This document shows, in pieces, positions 49,861 to 60,154 of a stretch of 64,000 nucleotides of DNA. The notes beneath the pieces are model-generated. The model was not told the origin of the DNA. It worked only from the letters and a program-made list of their open reading frames with translations, and did no database searches. The DNA lies in contig CAIKHN010000009.1 of the NCBI GenBank assembly GCA_903827265.1, forward strand, positions 151 through 64,150, written 5' to 3'. This DNA comes from Candidatus Uhrbacteria bacterium (GTDB lineage: Bacteria > Patescibacteriota > Patescibacteriia > UBA9934). The first letter of the stretch is position 1, and each line of letters begins with the position of its first letter. The position numbers and the translations under genes were made by a program.

Positions 49861-51063
49861 ATGCTGAGTATTCTGCTCTCACTCGGTCATATTGATACGT
49901 TGATGTGGTGCGAATTTGGAATTATCGGAATTCTCGCGCTCGGAACGCTTGCCCTTCACATTGGCGGAACACGAGCACATCGCTCTGAACTTTCAGTGAC
50001 GATTATGGGACTTATTGCGATTGTTGCAGCGGTCATGACCGACAATCTTGCTGTGCTTTCGCTGGCGTTTGCGTTGGCGCTTATTGCTGCGTCATGTTTG
50101 GCACTTCATGCGGAGCGTGCGGCAAATGCAAAGGCGAGACTCACCATAATGGTGGTATGCGGCTTCGCGGCAGTGCTTTACGTTATTGGGGCATACCTTT
50201 TCATGAAGCTTCAGACAGACGTTGGTATTGGCTCGTGGCAGGCATTGTCGTTTAGTGGAGTCATCAGCGTTGAGCGTATGAGCGGCGTTCTTGCGCAATA
50301 TGCGTTGAGCATTGTTGGCATTGCAACGTTGGCGTCGTGCTGGTTATGGATCCGTAAATCACGCTTCTCAAGTTTTGTTGCCGGGGCGGCTCCAATGGTG
50401 TTTATCATTGCGTTCCTCCGCTTAAAATTGGTTGTCGACCGTGTGCTTGCGGATAGCGGAGCTTGGACGAACACTATTTTTCTTGTTGCCGGTGTCGTTC
50501 TTGTCGCTGCCGTTGCCGCAAAAATGATGTTCAAAACGCATGCGCATGTCATTAAGTGCTCTGGCGTGGAGCATATTGGTATTGCAGTTTTCATGATCGG
50601 CGCAGGATTTGCCGGAATTATCCCTGCAATTCTTCACCTTGGTGGGCAAGCGGTTGCACAGTCTGGTTTGTGGCACGCCGCGCAAGATACGGAAATTATT
50701 CGTACAAACAAAACGCTCAAAGTGCTGTGCATTGCGCTGTACGCCGCAACGCTCGGTGCGCCGTTCTCCGTTCTCTTTGTGAGCCAACTCATTGGTATTG
50801 GATACGCGTTGCAGTCGCATCTCGTCCTTGGACTCATCGTCTTCGCGCTTGTTGGTGTTCTAAGTATCATTATGGTTCGTGAAGCATTACACTTCAGCTA
50901 TGACGTACAACCGAACGCAGAGCCAATGACGAAGCATCAAAAGGTCCTCACGGTGGTTCTTGCGATGCATGTGTTGCTTCTTTTTGGTGTCGGTGGATAC
51001 ATGCTTACACAACAAGGTATTCAGTTTGCAGTTTCCGTTGCTCAGAATGTCGCAGCGCTGTAA
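49861..51063 (+). CDS. Antiporter-like membrane subunit (HyfF-like), highly divergent
   Basis: Polytopic; SGVEHIGI, GAPFSVLFVSQ. Confidence 0.68.
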   Translation: MLSILLSLGHIDTLMWCEFGIIGILALGTLALHIGGTRAHRSELSVTIMGLIAIVAAVMTDNLAVLSLAFALALIAASCLALHAERAANAKARLTIMVVCGFAAVLYVIGAYLFMKLQTDVGIGSWQALSFSGVISVERMSGVLAQYALSIVGIATLASCWLWIRKSRFSSFVAGAAPMVFIIAFLRLKLVVDRVLADSGAWTNTIFLVAGVVLVAAVAAKMMFKTHAHVIKCSGVEHIGIAVFMIGAGFAGIIPAILHLGGQAVAQSGLWHAAQDTEIIRTNKTLKVLCIALYAATLGAPFSVLFVSQLIGIGYALQSHLVLGLIVFALVGVLSIIMVREALHFSYDVQPNAEPMTKHQKVLTVVLAMHVLLLFGVGGYMLTQQGIQFAVSVAQNVAAL

Positions 51064-51066
51064 AAC

Positions 51067-54003
51067 ATGTCGTCGCTTCTCGAGCATTTGAACAGTGAAC
51101 AACAGCAAGCGGTCACGCATGGCGATGGCCCGCTCATGATTATCGCTGGCGCAGGAACAGGAAAAACGACCGTCATCACCAAGCGCATCGCGTGGCTCAT
51201 TGAACAGGGAAAAGCAATGCCGGAGAATATTCTTGCCTTAACATTTACCGACAAGGCTGCGAATGAAATGGAGGAACGCGTCGACGTGTTGCTGCCAATG
51301 GGATACGTCGATTTATCCATTTCGACCTTTCACGCATTCTGCGAGAAGGTTCTTCGTGAACACGGCGTTGATATTGGAATCCCGCAGGACTTCACGGTTG
51401 CTTCCGAGGTCGATGGTTGGCTGTTCATGCGACGGCATCTTGCTGATTTCAATCTCGACTATTACAAGCCTCGAGGAACTCCAACGAAATTCTTTAAGTT
51501 GCTGCTTTCCCATTTCTCGAGAGCAAAGGACGAAGGAATTACGCCGGATCAATACATTGCGAATGTTGAGAACCAAATTGCATCGATGACTTCGGGATCA
51601 GAAGAGGCATTTGATGCGCTACCGGAAGAAGAGCGACTCGAATGGATTAAGCATCGAGAAGTCGCTCGAGCGTACAAAACGTATCAGGATATTTTGATCG
51701 CAGAAGATGCGCTCGACTTTGGCGATTTGCTCGCATACACCGTTGAACTCTTTAAGACTCGGCCGAATATTCTCGCGGAGTATCGAAAGCGGTTTACGTA
51801 CATCGTCGTCGATGAGTTTCAAGACACGAATAGTGTCCAGTACGAACTCGTGAAACTTTTGGCAGCGCCGAAAAACAACCTCACGATTGTTGGAGACGAT
51901 GATCAAGCCATTTACAAATTCCGTGGAGCAGCACTCGCGAACATTCTCACGTTCCGATCGGATTTTCCTGATACGAAAAAGATCGTGCTCGTTCACAATT
52001 ATCGTAGTGGCAGAGGGATTCTCGTTGTGGCGTATTCGTCCATCACCAAGAACAATCCGCATCGGCTCGAAATCTCCGAAGGGTTATCAAAGCAACTGAT
52101 CTCGAATATCGAGCACACAGGAAATGTCCACCACATCCACGCGGCAACGCTCGAGGACGAAGTTGCGACCGTCGTCGAAACCATCACATCGCTCCACGAC
52201 GAAACTGGTGCGAACTGGAAAGACTTCGCGATTTTGGCGCGAGGCAACGACCACGTCGATCCGTTTTTGGAAGCGCTCGAACGTGCCGGTATTCCGTACC
52301 GATTCATGGCGTTGTCTGGCTTGTACACGATGCCGATCATTCTTGATGCGCTTTGCTATCTTCGTGTCATCAACGCACCGCACGATTCACCGTCGCTCTA
52401 CCGAATCCTCTCTCATCCACGATTAGGATTGTCGCAAGAAGATCTGACGGCACTCATGTTCTATGCTCGACGAAAAGGAATGTCGTTGTTTGATTTATTA
52501 ACGTACGCCGATGCTGCACGTATTTCGATGCAGGGGCGAAATACCATCATCGATCTTCAGCAGAAACTCGGTGAACTTCGAAACAAAGCAAAGCGACTGC
52601 CAATCACCGAGCTCTTCGTGACAATGATGAAAGAAACCGGATTACTCGGTGACTGCCAGCGCGCCTCAGAAATGGAACAGCAGGAGCTCTACAGGTTCCT
52701 CGAGCGGTTCTTTAATCGGCTGAAGCGATTCGTTGCAATGAACGACGATGCAACGTTGCCACGATTCATCGAGGAGTTCGATGCCGAACGTGCGGCAGGG
52801 GAGGACGGCTCCGTTGCACAGGATCCTGAGGAAGGCCCGGACGTTGTGTCGGTCATGACTGTGCACGGATCAAAAGGTTTGGAGTTCCGATACGTATTTG
52901 TCATCAATCTTGTTGAGCAACGTTTTCCATCGGTGAGCCGATCGCAAGCAATCGACTTTCCGCCGGGATTAATGAAAGATGAGGTTGATGGGAACGATCA
53001 CGTTGCAGAAGAGCGTCGACTGTTTTATGTTGCGATGACGCGAGCAAAAGAGGGTTTGTATTTGATGAGTGCCGAAGATTACGGAGGATCGCGAAAGCGC
53101 AAAATTTCCCGGTTCCTCGATGAGCTCGGTTATACCAATACGATCAGCGTGGCTCGTCCTGAGAATATTGCGGACACTCTCGCGCTTGAAGTTGGTAAAA
53201 AACCAACAGGCGATGCGAACATTCATATTCCGGACAAGATTAGCTTCTCGCAGATTGCAGCATTCAGTACATGTCCATTGCAATACAAATGCGCACACAT
53301 CATTGGTGTTCCGTCGTACGGTAAGCATCAGATGAGTTTCGGAAAGTCGATGCACAATGCGTTGCAAGCATTCATGGAGCGCATTATTGCCGCAAAGGCT
53401 GCGCATCAGGCAACGTTGTTCGGTGGCGTCACCGAATCCATCGCGCTCCCAACGATGAAAGATCTGCTCGATATGTACGATCGATCGTGGATCGATGAAT
53501 GGTATCCGGACGATGCAACCCGCGATGACTACCGTGCTCGAGGTGCAGAAATCATGAAGGAATACTATCGCGTCGTCTCGGAAAATCCACCGTCGCCGAA
53601 ATACATCGAGAAAGGATTTACGTTGAAAATTGATGGCATCCTCGTGAAGGGGCGTATCGACAGAATCGACGACGTCGAAGGCGGCATTGAAATTATCGAC
53701 TACAAGACCGGTACACCGAAAACAAAACTCGAGTGGGACGATCGGCGACAGTTGGTGCTGTACGCGCTTGCTGCAGAGGAGAGCTTTGTTCCACCGCTCG
53801 TCGTCAAAAAGCTGACGTATTATTATTTGGAATCAAATACGGCGGTCAGCTTCGAGCCAACCGACAAAGACAAAGAAAAACTGAAGATGCAAATTCGCGA
53901 GAGCATGGAAAAAATTCGGACAAGTACGTTTCAGGCAACGCCGGGGCAACACTGTCAGTATTGTGACTTTAAAGATATCTGCCCGTATGCAAGACCAGCC
54001 TAA
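51067..54003 (+). CDS. UvrD/PcrA-family helicase fused to a C-terminal PD-(D/E)XK nuclease
   Basis: AGAGTGKT, VDEFQDT, EERRLFYVAMTRA; GRIDRID..IIDYKTG; terminal CxxC..C. Confidence 0.93.
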   Translation: MSSLLEHLNSEQQQAVTHGDGPLMIIAGAGTGKTTVITKRIAWLIEQGKAMPENILALTFTDKAANEMEERVDVLLPMGYVDLSISTFHAFCEKVLREHGVDIGIPQDFTVASEVDGWLFMRRHLADFNLDYYKPRGTPTKFFKLLLSHFSRAKDEGITPDQYIANVENQIASMTSGSEEAFDALPEEERLEWIKHREVARAYKTYQDILIAEDALDFGDLLAYTVELFKTRPNILAEYRKRFTYIVVDEFQDTNSVQYELVKLLAAPKNNLTIVGDDDQAIYKFRGAALANILTFRSDFPDTKKIVLVHNYRSGRGILVVAYSSITKNNPHRLEISEGLSKQLISNIEHTGNVHHIHAATLEDEVATVVETITSLHDETGANWKDFAILARGNDHVDPFLEALERAGIPYRFMALSGLYTMPIILDALCYLRVINAPHDSPSLYRILSHPRLGLSQEDLTALMFYARRKGMSLFDLLTYADAARISMQGRNTIIDLQQKLGELRNKAKRLPITELFVTMMKETGLLGDCQRASEMEQQELYRFLERFFNRLKRFVAMNDDATLPRFIEEFDAERAAGEDGSVAQDPEEGPDVVSVMTVHGSKGLEFRYVFVINLVEQRFPSVSRSQAIDFPPGLMKDEVDGNDHVAEERRLFYVAMTRAKEGLYLMSAEDYGGSRKRKISRFLDELGYTNTISVARPENIADTLALEVGKKPTGDANIHIPDKISFSQIAAFSTCPLQYKCAHIIGVPSYGKHQMSFGKSMHNALQAFMERIIAAKAAHQATLFGGVTESIALPTMKDLLDMYDRSWIDEWYPDDATRDDYRARGAEIMKEYYRVVSENPPSPKYIEKGFTLKIDGILVKGRIDRIDDVEGGIEIIDYKTGTPKTKLEWDDRRQLVLYALAAEESFVPPLVVKKLTYYYLESNTAVSFEPTDKDKEKLKMQIRESMEKIRTSTFQATPGQHCQYCDFKDICPYARPA

Positions 54004-54334
54004 ACGCAAACGGAGTTCGCTGACGCAGATTAGCAAAATGCTCGAAGGCACGCTGAAACGTCACGGCATTACAAAACAAGTGACCGCAGCAATCATCGTC
54101 GACCGCGCAAAGGAGATTCTTGCGGAAATGCTCGAAGGCTCGCCGCTTGCTGATGACGTTCGTGTTTCGAGTTACGCTGCTGGTATTCTCGTTCTTGGAT
54201 GCGACAACGCACCAGCGACGTTTGATATTAGTGGAATGATCCCAACAATTCTGGCGCGAATTCAATCCGAAATCCCCGAAGCTGATATCACGAAAATTAT
54301 TGCCAGAGTCCAGAAGGAGAAGGGGAATTTCTGA
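53987..54334 (+). CDS. DciA/DUF721-like protein
   Basis: Size, basic N-terminus and GILVLGCDN pattern resemble DciA. Confidence 0.6.
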   Translation: MQDQPKRKRSSLTQISKMLEGTLKRHGITKQVTAAIIVDRAKEILAEMLEGSPLADDVRVSSYAAGILVLGCDNAPATFDISGMIPTILARIQSEIPEADITKIIARVQKEKGNF

Positions 54335-54343
54335 CAGGGTCTG

Positions 54344-54374
54344 AACGGGGTCAGGTCTTTACCTTTTACTTTTT
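54344..54374 (+). repeat. REP-like motif C
   Basis: Identical to 46262-46292. Confidence 0.85.
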
Positions 54375-54378
54375 TACT

Positions 54379-55185
54379 ATGCGCGATGTATTTGAAACGG
54401 GTAACAAGGACAGCGATGTTCAAGAAAGGCAAATTGGCCACGGAGAGTTCGGCGATATTCGGGTAAGGCGAATGAGCAGAAACGGCGTTGAATCGCTTTG
54501 CGCTGAAAAAGATTACCGAGGCGATGTTGAACGTGGGCAACACGCATACAGTGTTTGGTTTGCGTTGCACAGCGCCGGTGTTCCAACTTTTACCTGGTAT
54601 GAGAGGAGTAGCGATCGCGATGACGTTATATCCATGCCATTTGTTGGAAGTCCGTCACGCGAAAACGGAAAGCACGTTCCTGGCGATATCCTTTGCGCGA
54701 CTCCGTTGCAGCGAAGCGAAGGGATGAATATTTTGGAAAAAGAAGGACTCGCAATTGACGAGGAAAATATTGATGCTCTTTGTATAAATGTCCTCGAAAT
54801 TATTCGTGGAGCTGATGCTATTAACGCCGAACTCACCCACGATTCCGTGCTTTTTCGTGCGACATATCACGAGAACACGTGGAAATTGTCGGAAATTTTT
54901 ATCGGCGACTTTGACGCGGTATCTGTTCACGGTGAAGAGGCCGGATACATTAGCCCAAGAGAACTCCATGAAAATAATCTCATGGCCGTTGTTGGTACAA
55001 CACGGCATTTCGTCGAGGAGTTCTGCAAGAAGAGCTCGTCAATGACGGCGGAAGGGATCGGTGACCTTTTAAAGGAATCTGTACGGATCGGCAGGACGCT
55101 CTCTGAGGAAGAAAAGAAGAGAATTCTTGAGGAATCGACAGTTCCTTTAGTCGCCATGAATGTTACATCTTGGGACGATTTGTAA
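54379..55185 (+). CDS. Hypothetical protein (orphan, acidic)
   Basis: 268-aa ORF between motif C copies. Confidence 0.65.
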   Translation: MRDVFETGNKDSDVQERQIGHGEFGDIRVRRMSRNGVESLCAEKDYRGDVERGQHAYSVWFALHSAGVPTFTWYERSSDRDDVISMPFVGSPSRENGKHVPGDILCATPLQRSEGMNILEKEGLAIDEENIDALCINVLEIIRGADAINAELTHDSVLFRATYHENTWKLSEIFIGDFDAVSVHGEEAGYISPRELHENNLMAVVGTTRHFVEEFCKKSSSMTAEGIGDLLKESVRIGRTLSEEEKKRILEESTVPLVAMNVTSWDDL

Positions 55186-55193
55186 AATTTAGA

Positions 55194-55335
55194 GGGAGTC
55201 GGGTCTTTACCTTTTTCTTTTGCGATTTACGAGAAGTTTTCGGAATGATCTGTATGAAGCTCGCAGTGAGTAGAAAAGGATCGATTACGGGGGTGATATG
55301 ATACCAAGAGTAAAAGGTAAAGACCCGGCCCCCGT
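55194..55335. repeat. Inverted pair of motif C (REPIN-like doublet)
   Basis: gggagtcgggtctttacctttt ... aaaaggtaaagacccggccccc. Confidence 0.78.
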
Positions 55336-55716
55336 ATGTCCCTCCGACAATATCTTATTGCCCTCGCGATCGGCACTGCTATTAGCATTTCTGCGTGGTG
55401 CATTATTGTGATGTCTATTAATCCTGCTACTGCAGGTTGGCTCGCGTTTTCGGTGTTTTATCTTACGCTTGGCGCGGGAATTGCTGGGCTATTTACTATT
55501 GGGGGAACGGTTATTCGCTCACGGAAATACGCGGAAGATCAAATTCATTCAGCGGTTGCCCGATCGTTTCGTCAGGCAATGATGCTCTCCGGATTATTTC
55601 TTTCTTGCTTGTTTTTACTTTCCCGCGATCTGTTTTCACTAGGAACCATGTTGTTATTAGTCGTTCTTGTCGGCCTCGTTGAGCTACTCATGATGAGTAT
55701 TCGCAAGGAGGCATAG
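55336..55716 (+). CDS. Conserved hypothetical 4-TM membrane protein
   Basis: Four hydrophobic segments, SFRQA motif; upstream of mreB. Confidence 0.78.
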   Translation: MSLRQYLIALAIGTAISISAWCIIVMSINPATAGWLAFSVFYLTLGAGIAGLFTIGGTVIRSRKYAEDQIHSAVARSFRQAMMLSGLFLSCLFLLSRDLFSLGTMLLLVVLVGLVELLMMSIRKEA

Positions 55717-55777
55717 TGAAAGGTGTGGATAGAGCCATTTCGGAGATTCCGAATCCCTGGCAACATCATGGTTGCCT

Positions 55778-56830
55778 ATGTTTAATCGTTTTTTTGGAAA
55801 GTTCTCCGAGGACATCGGCATCGACCTTGGAACATCGAATACCCGTGTTTTCGTGAAAGAGAAGGGGATCGTGATGAACGAGCCTTCGATTGTTGCAATT
55901 AACACGCGAACGAATCACATTCTGGCCGTTGGAAAAATTGCGAAGGACATGGTGGGAAAAACTCCCCCGCATATTCAAATTACTCGTCCACTCACCAAAG
56001 GCGTCATTTCCGACTTCGAAGTCACCGAAAAGATGTTGAAATACTTTATCGACAAAGTTCATGACGATGCGTTTACACTGGTTCCTCGACCGCGAATCGT
56101 AATGTCGGTGCCAATGGAAATTACGGAAGTTGAGCGCAAGGCCGTCGAGGACGCCGCACTCGCTGCAGGAGCTCGTCAGGCGCTTCTTGTGGAGGCCCCA
56201 ATCGTTGCAGCAATTGGTGCAGGGCTTCCTATTGAAGAATCGCTCGGAAGCATGATCGTCGACATCGGTGGAGGCACAACGGAAATTGCCGTTATTTCAC
56301 TTTCCGGAATTGTCACATGGAAGTCGCTTACTGTTGCAGGCGATGAAATGACGAAACATATTTTGCAGTACGCGCGTGATGTGTTTAACCTCTTACTTGG
56401 TGAACGCGTCGCAGAAGACGTAAAGTGTCATATTGGTAGCAGTCTTGATACTGGCGAAGGATTGCGAATGACCATGCGTGGCCGCGACCTTATTACCGGT
56501 CTCCCAAAGGAAGTCACGGTGAATGACGGTCAGATTCGCGAGGCTCTCAACAAGTCTGTCCGAACAATCATCGATAACATCAAAGCAACTATTGAACTTA
56601 CTCCTCCTGAACTCGTTGCAGATATTTATGAACGAGGAATAGTTCTTGTTGGCGGAGGGAGCCTTCTTCGCGGACTTGAGCGATCGATCTCAAAGGAAAC
56701 AGATATTCCAGTGCGTCTTGCCGAAAATCCTGACGCGGCCGTTGTTCGCGGTTGCGGCGTGTTGCTGGGTGACGATCGTTTGCTGCAGGAAATCGCGCTT
56801 CCGACAACCGGTGTCGATCGTCGACGATAA
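55778..56830 (+). CDS. mreB: Rod shape-determining protein MreB
   Basis: GIDLGTSNT, VDIGGGTTE, GGGSLL. Confidence 0.96.
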   Translation: MFNRFFGKFSEDIGIDLGTSNTRVFVKEKGIVMNEPSIVAINTRTNHILAVGKIAKDMVGKTPPHIQITRPLTKGVISDFEVTEKMLKYFIDKVHDDAFTLVPRPRIVMSVPMEITEVERKAVEDAALAAGARQALLVEAPIVAAIGAGLPIEESLGSMIVDIGGGTTEIAVISLSGIVTWKSLTVAGDEMTKHILQYARDVFNLLLGERVAEDVKCHIGSSLDTGEGLRMTMRGRDLITGLPKEVTVNDGQIREALNKSVRTIIDNIKATIELTPPELVADIYERGIVLVGGGSLLRGLERSISKETDIPVRLAENPDAAVVRGCGVLLGDDRLLQEIALPTTGVDRRR

Positions 56831-56841
56831 CCGTCCTTTCT

Positions 56842-57660
56842 ATGCCAAGGGCTTGGTATAACAGCGATCGCACGCGTGCCGCAGCCAAACACATGGCGAC
56901 TTTTTTCGGCGTCTGTGCGCTCTTGTGGGTTGCGTCGTTTATCCCTGCAGTTTCAGCGGTGTTCCATACGGTTGAAGGCGGCGTGTACCAGGCAGGATCA
57001 CTGTTTGGACGAGCGGCGTCCCGACTTTTTGCAAACGAAGACTCGCTTTCTGCGCAATTGAACGTCTGCACGAATCGACTTGGTGCTTCGACGGTTCTTG
57101 CGGCAAATGCCGAGGCGAATCAACGCGAAGTTGAGGAGTGGCGTGCATTGTTTGGCTACGAGTCTCGAGTGTCCGTACAGGGGATTGCTGCACGCGTGAT
57201 TGCTCGCGACACTCCGGAAGATTCCGTTGTTACGATCGATCGTGGCACAAATGACGGCATTCAGGTTGAGTCCGCGGTGATTATTGGTGATGGTGCGCTC
57301 TTTGGCGTGATCGATACCACATCACCAACGTCAGCAACGGTTCGTTTAACGGAAGACCCGAAGAGCGCCATTCCCGGCGCGATTCTCGGAAAACAAAAAA
57401 CGATCGGCTTAATATCAGGGCAAGAAGGCGCATTGCTTGCGATGGATTACATTCCACAGGACACGCTTATTACCGCTGGCGACATTGTTGTTACGAGCGG
57501 ACTTGGTGGGCACATCGCACAAGGAATCGTTATTGGAACGGTAATAGACGTTCTTGCGACGCCGAGCGCTCCGTTCATTCACGCAACGATTCGTCCGGTT
57601 CATGATCCACGCGAATGGACGTCCGTTCTTGTATTGCCGTATCCGTCGACGTCGCTATGA
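56842..57660 (+). CDS. mreC: Rod shape-determining protein MreC
   Basis: TIDRGTNDGI, GDIVVTSGLGG; follows mreB. Confidence 0.9.
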   Translation: MPRAWYNSDRTRAAAKHMATFFGVCALLWVASFIPAVSAVFHTVEGGVYQAGSLFGRAASRLFANEDSLSAQLNVCTNRLGASTVLAANAEANQREVEEWRALFGYESRVSVQGIAARVIARDTPEDSVVTIDRGTNDGIQVESAVIIGDGALFGVIDTTSPTSATVRLTEDPKSAIPGAILGKQKTIGLISGQEGALLAMDYIPQDTLITAGDIVVTSGLGGHIAQGIVIGTVIDVLATPSAPFIHATIRPVHDPREWTSVLVLPYPSTSL

Positions 57661-58151
57661 GAACCGCAATCCTTCTTTCATTGCTTTTCGGAGGCTTCGT
57701 TCTTACCGAAATTTCCTTCCTTCATGCGTTTGCAGGATTCATTGCAGAAATTCCGCTCTTGTATATTGCTGGAATGATTATTATGCAGCGCGTCGGCATC
57801 GAAGAGGGGATTGCATGGTTCCTTGCGCTTGCGGTCTTTCGCGCCGATCCTGTTGCACTGATCATTGCGTGCATTGGACCGGTGAGCATTCTTCAAATTT
57901 TCACAACACGTTCGGTGTACGCACTTCTTGGATTTGGTGCGGTTGTGTACTCCGTGGCGATTGGGGCAGAACTTGTTGTTGGCGGACTTATTGATGTTCT
58001 TTTTCACACGTCGCTCCTTCCGCCGCATGCAATGCTTCATGCGGTACGCATTTTTGCGCTACTCCTTCCCGGACTGTTCTTTGGCGTGCTTCTTGTGCGG
58101 AGCATTGAGCAACGAGTGCGTATGCCATTTTTTCTTCGCTCAAACTCATGA
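57657..58151 (+). CDS. Membrane protein, probable divergent MreD
   Basis: Polytopic, between mreC and mrdA. Confidence 0.65.
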   Translation: MRTAILLSLLFGGFVLTEISFLHAFAGFIAEIPLLYIAGMIIMQRVGIEEGIAWFLALAVFRADPVALIIACIGPVSILQIFTTRSVYALLGFGAVVYSVAIGAELVVGGLIDVLFHTSLLPPHAMLHAVRIFALLLPGLFFGVLLVRSIEQRVRMPFFLRSNS

Positions 58152-60064
58152 TCTTTCGGAAACCCTCACATAACCCAAGAGTATTCGCGCTCCTCGATGA
58201 CGACACCATTGGGCATCTTTCTGATTCTGATGCCGACGCAACATTTGATGATTCGCTCTCCGGTCGGTCGACTGCTGAGCTTGCATTAGGAACGTACGTT
58301 GGGAATTTTGCCGCAAAACGGGTGCGACGAATTGGTATCGCAGTTCTCTTGTGTACGTTCGGCGTTTTTCTTTTCCGCATTGGATCTTGGCAAGTTGTGC
58401 ACGGCGAGGAATATCGTGCGATCGCTGATAACAATCGGACACGAACAAAAACAGTACTCCCAAACCGCGGCGTCATGACTGATCGCAACGGTGTGGTATT
58501 AGCCTGGAATACCCCAGCATTTCATCTTGTCGCCAATCGTGCGGATATCCCCGAGAATCCTGACGCACGTCGAGAACGATTTACGCAAATCGCCGCAGAG
58601 CTCGACGTGAGCGCAGATGACTTTGAGGAAAAATATCTTGAGGCAAACGGCGATCAAACCGTGTTGCTCTCCGATGCTGTTCCGTATACTGCGGGCTTGA
58701 AGTTCCTTTCTCGTCCGAACATGTTTATTGGGATGACCGTCGAACTTGCTTCAACCCGAACGTATCTTACTGATGCTATACCAACGCTATCGCACGTTCT
58801 TGGGTTTACGGGAACAATTGATACCGAAACGTATGATGCAATGAAGTCGCTCGGATACAGACGATTCGACAGCATTGGAAAACAAGGACTCGAAGAAACG
58901 CACGAAAAAGAATTACGCGGAACGCCGGGTGTTGAGGTGACTGAGGTGAACGCACAAGGCCAAACCATTCGAACGCTCGAAAAGACTGATGCCATCGACG
59001 GCGAAAATTTAACGCTTTCAATTGACGCGCGGCTCACGGCGGCAATTGAATATATTTTGGAAAAACACTTAGCGGCAGCGCCGGTAAAACGCGCTGCGGT
59101 TGTGGTGTCGAATCCAAAAAATGGCGAAGTGCTGTCATTGGTTTCGTATCCGGCGTTTGATGCAAATTTGTTTGCGCGTGGCATTACGCAAGAGGAATAC
59201 TCAGCATTACGCGACGACCCAAATGCACCGCTCTTTCCTCGTGCGACGCAAGGCGAGTACCCATCCGGATCAACAATCAAACCTGTATATGCCGCTGCAG
59301 CGCTCATGGAGCACGTCATTACTCCAGCAACAAGCTTTCTCTCGACAGGTGGGTTATGGCTTGGTACGCGGTTCTTTCCGGACTGGCGAAAAGGCGGGCA
59401 CGGCGTCACAAACGTCTATCACGCAATCGCAGACTCGGTGAATACTTTTTTTTACACCATCGGCGGAGGAACGGACGCATTCCAAGGACTCGGACTTGAG
59501 CGACTCATGCAATATGCGGCGTTATTTGGTTTTGGATCACCGACAGGAATTGATCTCGCGAACGAGGCTGACGGATTTCTTCCGACGAAAGCATGGAAAG
59601 AATCAGTAAAAGGCGAGCCGTGGTACATCGGAGATACCTATAACGTATCAATCGGCCAAGGAGATTTTCTCGCTACTCCACTGCAGATCAATCGATCGAC
59701 TGCGACGTTCGCAAACGGCGGAACACTCATGACGCCGCATTTGTTAAAAGACGCAGAGCCTGTTGGAGTAAAGATTGTGCCTGATGACGTCGATACCGTT
59801 ATCCGTGACGCAATGCGACAAACCGTCGTGAATGGCAGCGCAACGTCGATGCAAGACTTACCTGAGGCAGTCGCTGGGAAAACAGGAACGGCACAGTGGG
59901 CAACCGGAAGGGCCGAACACACGTGGTTTACCGGATTTGGACCTTTTGACGACCCAACAATTGCAGTAACCGTCATTGTAGAAGAGGGCGGAAATGGGTA
60001 TTATTCCACGCCAATTGCAAAGGATATTTTTGCCTGGTATTTCGGGAATCGGTCCAGGGAATAA
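58148..60064 (+). CDS. mrdA: Penicillin-binding protein 2
   Basis: GSTIK (SxxK), SVN (SxN), KTG. Confidence 0.94.
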   Translation: MIFRKPSHNPRVFALLDDDTIGHLSDSDADATFDDSLSGRSTAELALGTYVGNFAAKRVRRIGIAVLLCTFGVFLFRIGSWQVVHGEEYRAIADNNRTRTKTVLPNRGVMTDRNGVVLAWNTPAFHLVANRADIPENPDARRERFTQIAAELDVSADDFEEKYLEANGDQTVLLSDAVPYTAGLKFLSRPNMFIGMTVELASTRTYLTDAIPTLSHVLGFTGTIDTETYDAMKSLGYRRFDSIGKQGLEETHEKELRGTPGVEVTEVNAQGQTIRTLEKTDAIDGENLTLSIDARLTAAIEYILEKHLAAAPVKRAAVVVSNPKNGEVLSLVSYPAFDANLFARGITQEEYSALRDDPNAPLFPRATQGEYPSGSTIKPVYAAAALMEHVITPATSFLSTGGLWLGTRFFPDWRKGGHGVTNVYHAIADSVNTFFYTIGGGTDAFQGLGLERLMQYAALFGFGSPTGIDLANEADGFLPTKAWKESVKGEPWYIGDTYNVSIGQGDFLATPLQINRSTATFANGGTLMTPHLLKDAEPVGVKIVPDDVDTVIRDAMRQTVVNGSATSMQDLPEAVAGKTGTAQWATGRAEHTWFTGFGPFDDPTIAVTVIVEEGGNGYYSTPIAKDIFAWYFGNRSRE

Positions 60065-60154
60065 TCAACTTGACCCTCATTTCTGGCCGTGGGATACTCG
60101 TTTTAGACACCGCCGAATTCGGCGGAATTGTTTTTCCAGGTAAGATCTTCAATT

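Noticed and set aside
51067-54003. Helicase-nuclease fusion as a defence system
   Set aside because: Housekeeping context; UvrD-PD-(D/E)XK fusions are common repair enzymes in such genomes.
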